The notes under the pieces: generated by a model | What the model was told of the DNA's origin: nothing | Databases searched by the model: none | What the model saw: the letters and a program-made list of their open reading frames with translations, nothing else | Shown: one piece after another, positions 38,256-51,949 of the stretch | How positions within the stretch are numbered: the stretch's first letter is position 1 | Layout of the letters: each line of letters opens with the position of its first letter | Source: Callorhinchus milii | Lineage: Eukaryota | Length of the DNA: 64,000 nt | Direction of reading: 5' to 3' | Assembly: GCF_018977255.1 (NCBI RefSeq) | Contig: NW_024704744.1 | Span: 51,398,001 to 51,462,000, forward strand | Program-made: the position numbers and the translations under genes

Positions 38256-39234
38256 ATTCTTACAGCCATTTTATATCATGCTTGTTAGCACAGGTGAAGT
38301 CACACAGTTGTTTCATGCCCTGTTCAACAGTTGTTTGGAAATCATATATAATTGAGAATAGAGACAGTTGGATTTAGATTTTACAATCTTGGTCTCTGGT
38401 TGTGCAAAGCTTGGCTGTAGTTTCAATGAAAGTTAAATCCTGAGTTCAGTTTGAAGGACTTTTGAATGATGCTGCTCGTTTTCTTAACCTATCCTAAACC
38501 TATACTTTGGAGCATCAGATTTATATTGTTGATCATTCAGTCTTAACAACTGGAAAAATTATGATTCATGTCATTAAAATACTAGAAGATTAAATGTTTT
38601 AACCAAGTAGGCGGCATTACTATATTCTGAAGTTTTTCCACAAAAATCCACCACGTTTCTGCACCTCTTTGTTTACAGCAGAGTTACCACACTTCATTCA
38701 AATAAGATACTGGTCATGTTTGTAGTTGAAAGCCTGGTTGTTAGCAATAAGCTATAAAAGAGATTCTGCACTCAGAAAAGCTGAAGAGGCAGGTGTGCAA
38801 ACACCATTCATCCATGTTTTGCTTTAGCAGTGCATTAGCTCAAATTGTTTTTTAAAAATATCTTTAATCTGTTTCTTGTTTTTTAAAAAAATATGATTGC
38901 ATTTAGACCAATGTGTGTATAGTGGCAGTGCTGTTAGTAAAACAATACATTTAAATTTTTATTTTTAAATGATAGTTACATGTTGGCAACCCCCACTGCA
39001 GTTCTTTTGCCACAGAAAGTCTCTACAGATCTTTTTTGATGCTGGTCCCAATTTTCCTTCATTAGCATCACCAGCCAATTTAACAAACCCGATGTATTGC
39101 AAGAATAGGAATCAATTTTGTGTCTTTGGTGCTTGCTATTATCTGCTATTGTTGGAAGGTGTATTTGCCAGAGGAAAAGAAGAGACACTATTATCAAGCT
39201 AAGTAGCAAAGCTGATACCAATTTTCTCTTTCAG

Positions 39235-39293
39235 ACCTCTATAAAAATGGGCTTCAGAGGGCTAACTTTGTGCCATTCATTGCTGTTCTGAAG
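39235..39293 (+). CDS. AFG1L: AFG1L exon 7 (DLYKNGLQRANFVPFIAVLK)
   Basis: LYKNGLQR motif; ctttcag/GTAAGG; 59 nt. Confidence 0.97.
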
Positions 39294-40389
39294 GTAAGGA
39301 AAGTCATGTTTTGATGTTTTCTCACTCTGACTGTAATATTGATAATCTAGGTTTACATAGATTCCTTTGATCTTGCCTTCAAGGAGAATGCTTCTCATAA
39401 TTACCCCATGGATGCTGCTAATGGAATCGCTGTGTTAGAAAAGGAGAATCTAACAATGGCAGGTCCGTACAATTTCGAGTGGGCACACAGCAAGCAGCTT
39501 GGTATTTTTTTCTTACCTCCCAAGCTATGGACAGTTTGTCTTTTCAAAATAGCCAGCAGCGAATATGGTGTCACAGACAAATTGTCGTCTCCAAGTAATA
39601 TCTCCAAGTGTAGAAATGCATCTGAATGCAATTCTATTTCTGCACTCCTTTTGTGCCAGAGCCAAAGTGCACCAGATCTGTTCTTCCCAAGAGTGTTTGA
39701 GGTTTTTTGTCTTTTAAGTGCAAATTGACTGGTGTGATTCATAGAGAAAGGGGGTTAACCCTCACTAGTTCACCGGGTTTATGTAAAAACTGCTCTTACT
39801 GCATTTTGTTGTTCAAGTCTCAAATCAATAACTATGAGGAGAAAACGAGTCAGCTAAATTTGTTCTTAGTGTAAAATTTTTTAAAAGGAGGTATAACTCA
39901 AGTTTGAAATTTCTTTAAACAAAAACATGGCGACTGGAAGTGTAAAAATACTGATTCTACTTAAAGGAAAAGAGACATTAATTTCAAGCTAAAATAATCT
40001 CAAACTAAAAAAATCTTTACCAGAATATAAGAAGTAACTATTCTATGCTTAAATTAATTTATGGGGTAGGTTTCCAGCTAGTGGAATGGTGCTTGGTGTA
40101 GAGACATAAATTTGCCATTAAGGAAGGAGACAAAATGTAAGTAGGTATACTGTGCTCTAAATAACACAACACTCTGTAGGTTGAGAGGTCTTATCTTTCT
40201 TTGTTACCTGGTTTGAGATTATTTTGTTGAAATAGCCTCTGTAAGGGTTGAGCAATGCAATATTTTGTGTTCTCTGTGCGCACAAAATGCTGATCTAAGT
40301 ATTGTTAGCTTCATACAGCAACATAATAGCAATATAATATTGGAAGTTAAGGCAATCATTTTACTATATCTATGTCCATAAGATGTAGT

Positions 40390-40596
40390 CTAATAATAAT
40401 CCCTCCAAAAATAATAACAAAATTGGTCATTTTCAATCTACGACTGTTTGTGGGACATTGCTGTGCCCAATTGGCTGCCGCGTTCGCCCACAAATATACA
40501 GTCAATTCACTTTATAGTGTGTTCTGTGAAGCGCTTTGGGACGCCCTCCCGACGTGAAAAGCGCTATATCAAATTCAAGGATTATTATTATTATTA
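40390..40596 (+). mobile_element. tRNA-SINE 3' part
   Basis: Body and tail match the short subfamily. Confidence 0.85.
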
Positions 40597-41049
40597 GTCT
40601 AAGGCTGGTTGACACTCCAATCTGACACCTGGTTTTGTAAATTTCAAATTTATTGTGATGTCAACCAGATGGTTAGTGCTGTAAAGCTTTGATAGAACAG
40701 CAGGGAAAAAACATGAAATGGATTAACTTGCTACCTTTGACTTCAGTCTTCAGTTTGGCTGATGAGAGAGAGTTGCATTGGTAAAGAAGTCTTGAACAGG
40801 GAGGGGGGATAGAAAGCAGCTTCCTCTAGTGGTGGAATACTGCAATTGCATGCTAAAAGATTTTGGGCTTGAATCTGAACCTCGCCTTGTCCTCCTCTTG
40901 CCTGAGTTTGAATATACTTAGGTTGAGCACTGAATCGAGGATGTAATAAGCAGAATGTTTTCAATTATAGCAGAAATGGATTAGTGATCATAGGCAGACC
41001 TCACAACTGAGGGTGATAGGATGAATACAGAGGTATTAACAATGCAAAA

Positions 41050-41705
41050 TTACATTTGTATAACGCCTTTCATGTCAGGAGACGTCCCAAGGTGCTGGAC
41101 TGTAATGGATTTGGACCCAAACTGTGGGTTAGGATCAAGGAGGGTGGAGGGCAGAGAGGGTAGGAGGGTGGCCGAAGGCTCGGTTGAAGAGGAAGGTTTT
41201 GAGACATGTCTTGAAGGAGTCAAGGGAGGGAGCGAGGAGAAAGGAATGTGGGATGGAGTTCCATAGGGTGGGGGCAGAAAGGCTGAAGGCCCGAATGCCG
41301 TTGGTGTGGCGGGCCAGACGGGGGACAAGCCACAGCTTGCTGAGCAGAGGTTGATATGGGGTCAGCAGGTTACAGAGGTAGGGAGGGGCAAGGCTGTGGA
41401 GGATCTTGAAGCGAGGATGAGGATTTCAAACTCTATCCTCTGGGGAATGGGGAGCCAGTAGAACCAGGTGAGGATGGGGGTGATGGGGTCATGGAGACTG
41501 GTGTGGGAGAGGACCCGAGCTGCAGAGTTCTTGATGATCTGCAGCTTGTGGAGGGAAGAACTGGGAAGGCCGACAAGCAGGGAATTGGCGTAGTTGAGCC
41601 TGGATGTGATGAATGCGTGTATGAGGGTTTCGGCGGCCTGAGGGGTGAGGCAGTGGTGGAGCCGGGCGGTGTTGTGGAGGTGGGGGAAGGTAGAGCGCAT
41701 GTCAT
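41050..41705 (-). mobile_element. L2 3' fragment
   Basis: AAETLIHAFITSRLNYANSLLVGLP...WLPIPQRIEF. Confidence 0.9.
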
Positions 41706-42969
41706 GGCAAAATGACTAACCAGTCTTTTGAAGAAGGGAGCCCATAAATCCAACATTGGACAACATTGGTGTGCTTGTTCAGAAGTGAAGTTAAAAGTGA
41801 AAGATAGGTTAAACAGTTATATCCTTTACTTAACCATTATTCCATGACTTGTTCACAACGGGATATCTGAATGTGAACAAATAAAAGAAAAGATCACTAT
41901 TTTAGTGATCAGTACATGATAGAACTCCGAGATGCTCTCCACTGACCACTAGGGTGTGCAAGAGAAGGCTTAGAATGACTTGATATCTAATTTCCTTTCT
42001 CTGACCTCCGCTTGACATCTCCTTGCACTAAGATCAGGAACTTGACACATTGAACAGGAATCAAGGTTGGAACAATGTGTGGATTTGTGTATTACTGCTC
42101 ACTGCACCAATGTTGCGCAATTTTGCATAACTTCATCTATGGTTATGAATATCTCAATATAACAATCTCCTTACAGCTAATTTATTGTTAATTATTTACT
42201 TTTTTTAGATTTAGTCTGTTAGTAGTGTCCAACTTCATGCTGTATTTACTTTGAAGAATGTATCCAATACTTTTTTTTGCAAAGTTGTCAGGCCATGGAT
42301 GAATGCCAACTTTTACTCAACTGCTCTGTCCAATGCCCCGTCTCATCTCTGCTTATCACTGAATGATTTATTTGTATTTATTTGCCCACTGAGAATGTGA
42401 CTGATCTTAGGTGGTCCCGTGACACACAAATGACCAGGGGTAATGAGGGTATTTTACTCCTGTTTCTCTGTGACTTTTTTGGTCAGTGGGATGTCTGACA
42501 CATTTGGAAACCTATCACTGTGCTTAAGAGTGTTCAAACCAGACAGAATTCCACATATGCATGCCACTTACACATGGATATTTCAGTATGTCTTAAATGG
42601 AATATACAATATTTCCCGAGAGATGCACTCTGCTTACCTAATTCCAAAGAAAGTACGGGTTGATGAGCTTTGGCTTGCGGTCCCCATTGTATTCATTGGG
42701 ATACTGCTAGAGTTTAATAACCAGTAAAAATGCTCAGCTTGGCATTAAGTCTTATGCTTGTCCAGCTAGGACCCTGCTACCTGTTAGGGCTTTAGCTTGC
42801 ATGGTTAACAGGAGCCGAGGAGGAAAAATCTGTGTTCTAAGGTAGCGGGTCTGCCCCTCTGAATCCTGTCGATGGCTGGGCTATCAGTACTGTGGTCCTG
42901 CCTGACTCAGGAACTGGACTGCCAAGACTGCCAACGAGGATTGACTCAATTGTGACATTCTGTTGCCAA

Positions 42970-43890
42970 GCACATCACTACCAACTCTACCTTTCCTCCC
43001 CAACTCTACCTTTCCTACTCTACCCTCAACTCCACGACCACCGATGTCCTGACAGCCGCCTGTCTGACATCGAGTGCTGGACGAGAGACAACTTTCATCA
43101 GCTCAACGTCCGCAAAACTGAGGCCCTCCTGATTGGCTCACGTCAGAGCCTCCGCACCTCAGGCACTGACAGCATCAGCATCCAAGGCTGCACTCTCCAC
43201 CTCTCAAAGCCGCTCAGGAACCTCGGTGTTTTGTTCGACCCTGAGCTGTCCTTTCTTCCCCACATCTGCGCCACAACTGGCACCGCCTTCCATCACCTCC
43301 GGAAGATCGCCAGACTACGCCATTACCTCACCCCTCACGCTGCTGAAACACTGGTCCACGCCTTTATCACCTCAAGGCTGGACGATGGGAACTCTCTCCT
43401 CGCCGGCCTTCCCGGCACCTCCCTCCACACGCTGCAGGTCATTCAGAACTCTGCAGCTCGTGTACTGTCCCGCACCAGGCTTCACGACCACATCACTCCC
43501 ACCCTCGCTCGCCTCCACTGGCTCCCCATCCCCCAGAGGATCGAACTCAAGATCCTCATCCTCACCTACAAGGCCATTCACGGCCTTAGTCCCTCCAACC
43601 TACTATCCCCCTACTTACCTGCCGGTACCCTCCGTTCCTTTGGCTCCGGTCTAGAAGGCACTATCCCCCAGTGCCTTCGCCGCCTCCTCCCTTTCCTCCT
43701 TCAAGGCGGGTCTCAAGACCTTTCTCTTTGACTGTGCCTTCAGCTCCCCTCTCGACTCTCTACCCCCTCCTCGCTCCCTCCCCTCACCCTGACCATTTCC
43801 CCCTTGCTCGGGTCCCGACCCAACTGTCCAGCGCCTTGGGACGTCCTCCCGACGTGAAAGGTGCTCTATAAATGCAATCTTGTTGTTGTA
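42970..43890 (+). mobile_element. L2 3' fragment
   Basis: LSDIECW..NFHQLN..KTE...NLGVLFD.ELSF..HI...HWLPIPQRI; tail. Confidence 0.92.
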
Positions 43891-44164
43891 TGAAGCCAAC
43901 TCAGCTCCAAGGAAATCTTGCAAAACTATCCCCAAGGAGGATAATCGGCTGCATTAGGGATATTCTTCAAGCTGGAACACTTTCTCACTTCTCTCACTTA
44001 GGTTCAAGCACTACTTTATTTAAATCAAGGTTCTAACCAGTGCCAAATGAAGCTCGGTTTTGTGTTAAGACCTGCATCCAGTAGCAATTGTATCAAGTTG
44101 TATTCATTTAACTGGGAGCCAGCATGGAGAAAGATTTTTATGCAACACTCTGAGTTGAATAATA

Positions 44165-44345
44165 ATAATAAAATAATTATTGCATTTGATATAGTGCCTT
44201 ATCACCTGTTTGAGACTTTTCAAAGCACTTCACAGAATATACTGTAAAGTGAATGACTGTATATTTTGTGGGTGAAACATGGCAGCCAATTGTGCTCAGC
44301 AGTGTCCCACAAACATTCGTGGATTGAGTGACCAAATTATTATTT
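44165..44345 (-). mobile_element. tRNA-SINE 3' part
   Basis: Reverse-complement tail and body. Confidence 0.75.
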
Positions 44346-47300
44346 TTAAAAGATTAGTTTTGTTTTGAAGGGATTAACCCAAGCCTGGGTCCTAGAAGGG
44401 AAAGGACATTGTTTCAAACATCACCTGAATTTTATGGGATTTTAAATATAACATAAGTTATACATAAAAGAAACACCAACTTAAAAGACCAGAACACCAA
44501 GTAAAATCAAAATTATGTAATAAGAGAGGTAACTAACTGAACTATTCACCTTTATTCTTTAAATTGTCAAATTTTGGTGTTTTTAAAAGTATATTTTACC
44601 ACAGTATAAAATATAATTTCAGAAACTTTAGTCTGGTAGCCTTCTAATAGAAAGAACTCAGAACTATAAAGGTGAGATTTACTATAATGTAATATTGCAA
44701 ACATAATGGTTTGTATAAAGGGCAGCATTTGGACAGTTCAATTAAAATGTGTAGATAATATTTTAAAATGTTAGTTTTAGATGGACTTGGTCAGGAGTTC
44801 AAATCATCTAGTGCTTGATTTCATCACCATATAGATTAGTGCTTTTTTTTTTACTTGGACGTCTCTGTTCTACTAACAAGGATGGTTCTAATAGTGAATA
44901 GTAGAGCATCAACAATTAACTATCCTCTTAGAATCATCTGCTAGAAGCTTAAATTGAGTTGTCAGATTGCAGCCTTCTAATACTTTGACACTGCAACAGC
45001 CTTTTCTAAGATACAATGACTTAAAGACCAACCTGTGAGGTCAGTTCTGTGACCTCTGTGTGGCTGTCACCTGAGCTGAGTACTGAGGTTAATCTGTTGC
45101 TGATGTATTTGCTTATCAATTGACTTTGCATGCATAGTCTGTGCACTGATAGCAAATTAATTCTTAGCAATTCATCATTTTATGACAAACTTCTGAATTA
45201 CTTTCCATGACAATTTTAGCTCTCTATTTTTAAGATGTACCTTTCCTGTCTTTCTACAAAATGTGGGAGGTTTATTTGGCACTGTGCAATTGGACTCACA
45301 TAGGTTTATCCATTAGTTTAGATTTTAACAAAAGTCTAATTGTAGCCTCGACCCAACCAACTTCCCGTCTCATTGAAAAGATTAGTGGTTATAATGAAAC
45401 CAATAAATTTCCTCTTGTTTTTAGCATGCTGATGTAATGCCGAATCAAGTTTTCTGTTTTTAATCCCAGGGCAATTAGTATAGTCATTGGGATTTTTAAG
45501 TTCTTTGTGACAGGCCACCTCGGAGGTCTGCAGAGAAGAACCCTAATCCAATAAATGTCTCATTTAGATCATGAAAAGAAAGCATGAGGAGAAGCCCTAC
45601 AGGAGAGGTCGTTTCCACTGCCTTTAAGCAGCAACACTGTGGGGAACTGTCAAATTAACCAGGGGGTCTCCATATTTAACGTGCATTTCTTGTTGAAACC
45701 AATAATAGAATAATAATTTAAACACAGGTAAACCTTTATGAGCAGGTTGAAAAAGAAATAATAATTGTCCTCCAAAGAATTTTCCATTATGTTAGCTGTC
45801 TTGCTCAAGGCATGGGGGAGGGTGTGAGAAATGCAACTAATAAATAGCTCTGGCTGAAGTTGGTCACAGAAAAAGGAATTGATAATTAGATGTAATTAGG
45901 GTGTATGAATCGTTGTCTTCTGTTTTGGGAATGAATAAATTTGGAAGAAAAAACCCTTGTGGTGAAAATGCTTTGATGTAAGGAGAGTAGTTGTGGCTTG
46001 GCAGCATAAAGGCAGTGTTTTATACTTTTTGCATAATAGCTGTAACACAGAAATGGTGAATGGAGTACAACCCCCTATTTGCTTTAGACCAAGTGCTTTG
46101 AGGCTGGTTGATTCTTTTCAAACAAAAAGCATCAAAAGTTTTCAGCTGTTGGTAATGAGCAGTAGACCTCAACACGGCTGAAGGAGTTAGTTATCTCTGG
46201 TTTCTCCCTCCGGATTGAACAATAAGAGATCAAAAAATTGAACTCCCTTCTTGCAATGTTTCAGATGCAACTTAGTCCATAGGTGGGAAAAGTGTGTTAA
46301 CTTGACTTTTAGGAGCTCTGCCGCACATGAAGCAAATTGGTCTGGCCTAAATGTGAACTAAATCTGACAAATATCGTGGTAGTCTCCATGAGTACAAAAA
46401 CCTATTCCTTTTTCTTGGTTCTTGCTGTGTCAATGCTTCTCTTTTTAAAATATGTAAATCAGTTGCTTCGTTGCTGGTTTGGTTTCTTCCTCTGTGTGTA
46501 TAAATGGAAGGAAAAGAATTAGTATGTAAGGTGGTTTCAGCACATTGATTAGGACTGGTTCAGTAATCCTGTGCAAATCTTGCAACTGGAAACCATTAAA
46601 TCTAATTTAGCTCTTGTTTTTAATTTAATTTGGAAATAAACATTAACATGCTTTAGTGGCAATGTACCTAAAGGGTGTTTATCGTTTTAAATCCTCCTCC
46701 TCCTCCCCCATTTTCTTTAGTGATTCAGGATTAACCTAATCTTCTATGCAAGTTTACTAACCTGTGTTTAACACTATATTTCAAATATCGCAGAGGTTTT
46801 ATGTCATGGTAAAAAAAANGGAAGCTTGTCCAGAATGCCAAATTAAAGTGACCTATAATTCTGTATTGGATGAACCTGATGGATTGAACACAAAGAAGAT
46901 GTTTTTATTCTAAAGACAATGATACAATTACTTCTTCGAGTGATCAACATGTGATTAAACCCATATACTTCCCTTAAATTAAAATCTGAAATATTTCCCT
47001 TTGTCCCCTTCTAGCATACTGTTCCATGATGTTTTAGTTTTAGCCTCTTTTTACAAAATGGCATTGCCGGAGCTATATCTCAAATGACAACTGACCTGCA
47101 GCAAATAGTACCCAACTTGAACTCAAATAGGAAGTCTGAAAGCACCCACAACTTTGCAATGCTGTAAGTACATCACAAAGCAAAGCAGCAAGTTGTTAGA
47201 GCTCTACCATGCTGCAATGCCAGTCTTAGTTGTGCCATTCTAGAAATGCACTCAGTGGAGGCCAGATCTTTCACCACAAGGAGGGAGGAACATTTTGACA

Positions 47301-48649
47301 GTTTATGAGGCAGCAATAAACAACGTACATGAGATGTTGAAGTATATGGTCAAACCAGTGAATTAACAATTGCAGAAGTTAGGTTGAAACTATTCAGTAA
47401 TTCTCACATAGTATATTTCATGCAGTGCTGGTCATTGTAGCATAAGGAGGATACATGGTTGCAAAACCCTCATGGCCAAATAGCCTGTGTACAAAAATTA
47501 AGGTTGAAACGTGTTTTTGTAACCAGAAAACTACAACGTAAATAGCATAAGCATTGGGAAAATCACCTTAGTATGTAATGTGCTTTTTGCGCAGGAATCC
47601 CATGATCGTATCCCTGACCAGTAAGAACTCTGCTCTGAAATTATTTTTGGGTCTTAATGATCTCCATGGGGTTCTTTGTACTGATGACATTCAAGGCACT
47701 TTTTCCAGTTTGCATCTGCCATTTATGCTGTGGTTTTCCTGTTCAAGCACTTTTCAACCTTAGACTTCTTGCATAAAAAATGGAAACTTTGACATTGTAG
47801 CAAAGCGCAATCTTCAACCCTGCAATTGTATCCCAGTAGATTGAGCCCATTCCAAAAGGTTGGGGAGAAAAGGGAGATGGAAAGAAATAATATGCAGCCA
47901 GAAGCTATTTGAGATCTTCACTTTAATAAGTGTTACATAGCTGTATTGTGAAGAGACGCCACCCAGAACATTCTTTCTCTATTATAAATTAGTTTAAAAA
48001 CAGGAGATAAAAAGAAGAAAGCTGCCAAAAATTAGTTTGTTTTAAAAAGAATAGTTCAGCATTTCTCTGTAGATTTTAATATCTTATTTATTAATTGATT
48101 TACTTGAGAAACCCTATTACAGTGTGTATCTACCATGTGTATATAATATAATCCCAACAGCCTGCTTTATTAAAGCAATTCACCTCAATGCTCATCATCA
48201 TATTATAGCTTGCTGAAATGGTGCTTTATGTGTAACCGGGTCAGTGGGGGATTTTCTCATCCCAAAACAAAGAGAAACCTGGGGTGCTGACAAAGCATTG
48301 CATTGCCTCAGTTGAATGGGATTATATGTATTCATGTCTCATGCGGGGTTCCAGTAGTTGACTTGGCAATCTTCATTTATTCTGCAGCATTTTAACCACT
48401 TCACCTTGCAATTATGAATGATTCAGGAAATCAGTTCTTAGCCTAAATTTTAAAGACTGATTAGGACAAGGGTTGATACTGTTGAAGAATGTAACTTGTT
48501 GCATCATTATGTCAGCTAGCATTGCTAATCATTTCTGGTCAGAAGCATTGCTGCTGAATGTCGTTGACTATGATCAGCTGCAAAGTTTAACCCTTAAAGT
48601 GTCAGCCATCAGATTTAATGATAAAGTCACATATTGGACACATATCGTC

Positions 48650-49035
48650 GAGAATGACACTCCAATGCAGTGATGGAGATGTACTACATTATTGGAGATG
48701 CCATACTTCAAATGAGATGTTAAACTGAAGTACAGTCTGCCAGTTTGGGTGGACATTAAAGATACAACAATAGCAGTGTGGACATTAACGACACAATGAT
48801 CAAATAACTTTATTTGAAAAGAAAAGGGAGTTTCTCCTGATGATCTGGCCATCAATTTCCCAGATAAAAATCAGTTATTTACTTCATAGCTGTTTGTGGG
48901 CTGTGTGCAAATCGGGTGTCACGTTTGCCTACAAAATAAACAATCACGGCACTTTACAGTATATCCTGTGAAGCACTTGTGAAATGTCTTCCTGACATGA
49001 AATGCGCTATTTCAAATGCAAGGATTATTATTATT
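48650..49035 (+). mobile_element. Deu-domain SINE
   Basis: Core plus caaatgcaaggattattatt tail. Confidence 0.65.
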
Positions 49036-51149
49036 TGTTGTAGAGCTGGAATTAGCTAAGGACTGAGTGCTACACACAAAATATGGTTGCAAATAAACTT
49101 TCAACGTTAGTCAAACGGATTCTTTAGTTGAAGTTGTAATTCCCTGTACTTTTTATACCTTTGTTGCTATACTTTGATATCCTTACCTTTATGCAATCTG
49201 TTCACTGTGACAGATCGGATCTTTGTTGAAAACACGGGCATGGCGTTTGAGTAACGGACCCGTATAAGTTGAAGTGAACATGAAATTTCACAGACCTGGT
49301 CACCTTTTATGAACTGCTGTGTGTCATACTAGGAAAAAATATTTTTTAGTGTTTTGAAGGAGTACAAGAGTTGCATTTAATAAAAGTACCTGAAAAACTG
49401 TAAGTGATTAGCACAGTGCAAAGGTTCCTAGATATGTGCTGGAGGTTTATAGAACCTGCTTTGTATTGCTCATACCATCACCAGAAAGTTCCTCATTCAT
49501 GTCATGCAAACTTCAGATTAATTCTCTTCATTGCTTTTGCACGTATGCCTAACCTTTTGTCCTTTTCCAGCACAGCGACTTCCATGATCTAAAGTCTCAA
49601 TAGGTTGCAAAGATACATCGGAGATGAAAGATTGCATCATTGAAAATGACTATAATGCCTGTCAAGAACCCTGACAGGATGAATAAAAGTAATTCAGGAC
49701 AATTATTTCCAAATTCAGAGAGCGGGAGAGTGAGAGTAAATAAAAGGCAGGCATCAAATCATGGTATCTTTTTATAAGCTGTCATACTGCAGTACACCAA
49801 ATCCAGATGAGTCCTTAAATATGGTCTGGTCTTGGTCCTTTTGTGTCACTCAAATTTGGGGAATTATTGACCATGTCTGCCCATCCATCATCTATGAACA
49901 ATTGCTTGTCACATGAATAGCTTTTTAAAGGAAAAAAAATGTAAAATTTAAAATAAGCAATATAAATGACTCTTTTACCAGTCATTGGATTCCTTTTATA
50001 AATAGCCATGTTTGGATTTGCATCGTTTACATAGGTTGCCCCATGATCAATGATATACCACCTCAATAATATCAAAAGCATTTTCTAGATGATTTTAAAT
50101 TAAATTTGGCAAGAAATCTCTCCTTTTTTGAGATGCTATGTTCCTTTTAAAAAATGGACATGGCTTTAGAATATAATTCATATTAACAAAATCATAATCT
50201 AATGGAATAGCAAACTTCAAATGCACCCCTTTGAATTTACTATTGGCATTTGATAATGATTATATGACTCCACTTAACAGCAATTCTAATCAAGCTATGT
50301 TCTTTATAAGAGTGAATTTGCTTCATGTACTAATTTCCCATCATTCATTTCAATGGCACTAAATTTCTGATTACAGCAAACCATTTCTCTAAGGGTTTCA
50401 TTTCTCTTCAGTTTCACTGTGATCACAAGTATGGCAGATGAATATAAGTGAAATCTCCAACCTCTCACCACCAAAAGATTTTGCTGAACATTACAAAGTC
50501 AGTTTTTTTAAGTTTTCCCATTTTTGCTGAAGATTACAGATTCAGTTTTTTAGGGTTTCAGTGAAAAGCAGATATCACACTGAGAAGTTCGAATGAGGGC
50601 TTGGTTTTCTTACCAGATTGAATAAATCCAACAGGAGTCAACTTTGCTTACAATACAGTTTTAGTCACTTGAGCTAATTGTTATGTTTTTGAAAAGTGGG
50701 GATAGAAGCTAATACAACTACAAATTTGTTTTATTCATTCCATAATTTTTTTACTTTTTTTAAAAATGAAAACATGAGAGCTTTAATTAAACCCTAGTCC
50801 TGTGGTGAGTGCTTACGAAAGCCCCAGAATCCACTTCCCTATCTCACCCCCTCTGCCAACAATCACCTTCACCATTGCAACCTTCAGAAGGCAGTCCAGT
50901 ACCTTCAGAACATACAAAACTAAACATGCAGTATAGTATATCCCTTGTACTTGAGGATGATAGTGCCAACAGTGAAGGGAGCGTAAGCTCATGGTAGATG
51001 GATACGTTGATGATTATGCAGGCCAATATGTGGCATTATCTACCACAAGCTATACATAGCCACATTCCTGGGGGGTTCTCCTGGAGGTTCCTTAGACTTT
51101 GTCAATGCTTTCATCTCTCATGTCTTTCCTCCACCCTGATCCTGCGCTG

Positions 51150-51745
51150 TTCCTCAAAGCCCTTCGCTCTTTTTTTCACTTCAGCATGCTATTGCTGTCT
51201 GTCAGGGTTTCCCACAAGTCATCAACCATGTTGCACTGTTTCAGATGTATCTTCAGTGTGTCATTTTAGCGCCTTTTCTGTCTGCCCAGGTTTCTTCTGC
51301 CACTCACCAGTTCTCCATAAAGCGCCTGCTTTGGCAACTGGATGTCATCCATCATAACAGGTTGTCCAGCCCAACGGGGTTGAGCATTGATGATCATAGC
51401 CTCAATGATGGTTCTGTCAGTATGTTCCAGTAATTTGATGTTAGCGATTTTGTCCTGCTACCTAATAGGAAATAAGATGTGAAGGCGTCTTTGTTTGAAC
51501 CTTTCCAGCTGTTGAGCGTGCTTTCTATAGAGCATCCAAACTTCATATACATACAGGAGATTGGTAAGGACAACCACCTTAGTCTTCAATTTTGCGGCAA
51601 CCTTGATACCGTGCTGATTCCAAACATGCTTGAGCAGTCTACTAAAGGCCTCACTTGCTTTCATTAAGGAGCTATCATTTCCTTATCGATCCTTAACTCA
51701 TCAGATAGTACATTTCCAAGGAAGGTGAACTTCAAATAGCATCAA
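51150..51745 (-). mobile_element. RTE-clade LINE fragment (post-RT region)
   Basis: KASEAFSRL.KHVW...KLK..VVLTNLLY..EVW.LYRKHAQQLERF.QR.L..I..QDKI.N, typical of RTE/BovB-like elements. Confidence 0.75.
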
Positions 51746-51750
51746 ATCCT

Positions 51751-51949
51751 GAGAGCATGGCTCTCAGGAGAGCATGGCTCTCAGGAGAGCATGGCTCTCA
51801 GGAGAGCATGGCTCTCAGGAGAGCATGGCTCTCAGGAGAGCATGGCTCTCAGGAGAGCATGGCTCTCAGGAGAGCATGGCTCTCAGGAGAGCATGGCTCT
51901 CAGGAGAGCATGGCTCTCAGGAGAGCATGGCTCTCAGGAGAGCATGGCT
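51751..51949 (+). repeat. Perfect tandem repeat, 17-bp unit GAGAGCATGGCTCTCAG x11.7
   Basis: 11 identical full copies plus 12 nt. Confidence 0.98.

Noticed and set aside
42892-43731. 279-aa ORF as a host gene (also 7241-7741, 21695-22438, 51934-52377)
   Set aside because: Truncated L2 reverse-transcriptase C-terminal remnants or their antisense frames
51751-51949. CRISPR array or repeat protein (MALRRAWLSGEHGSQES)n
   Set aside because: No spacers; the ORFs in all three frames result from a stop-free 17-bp unit
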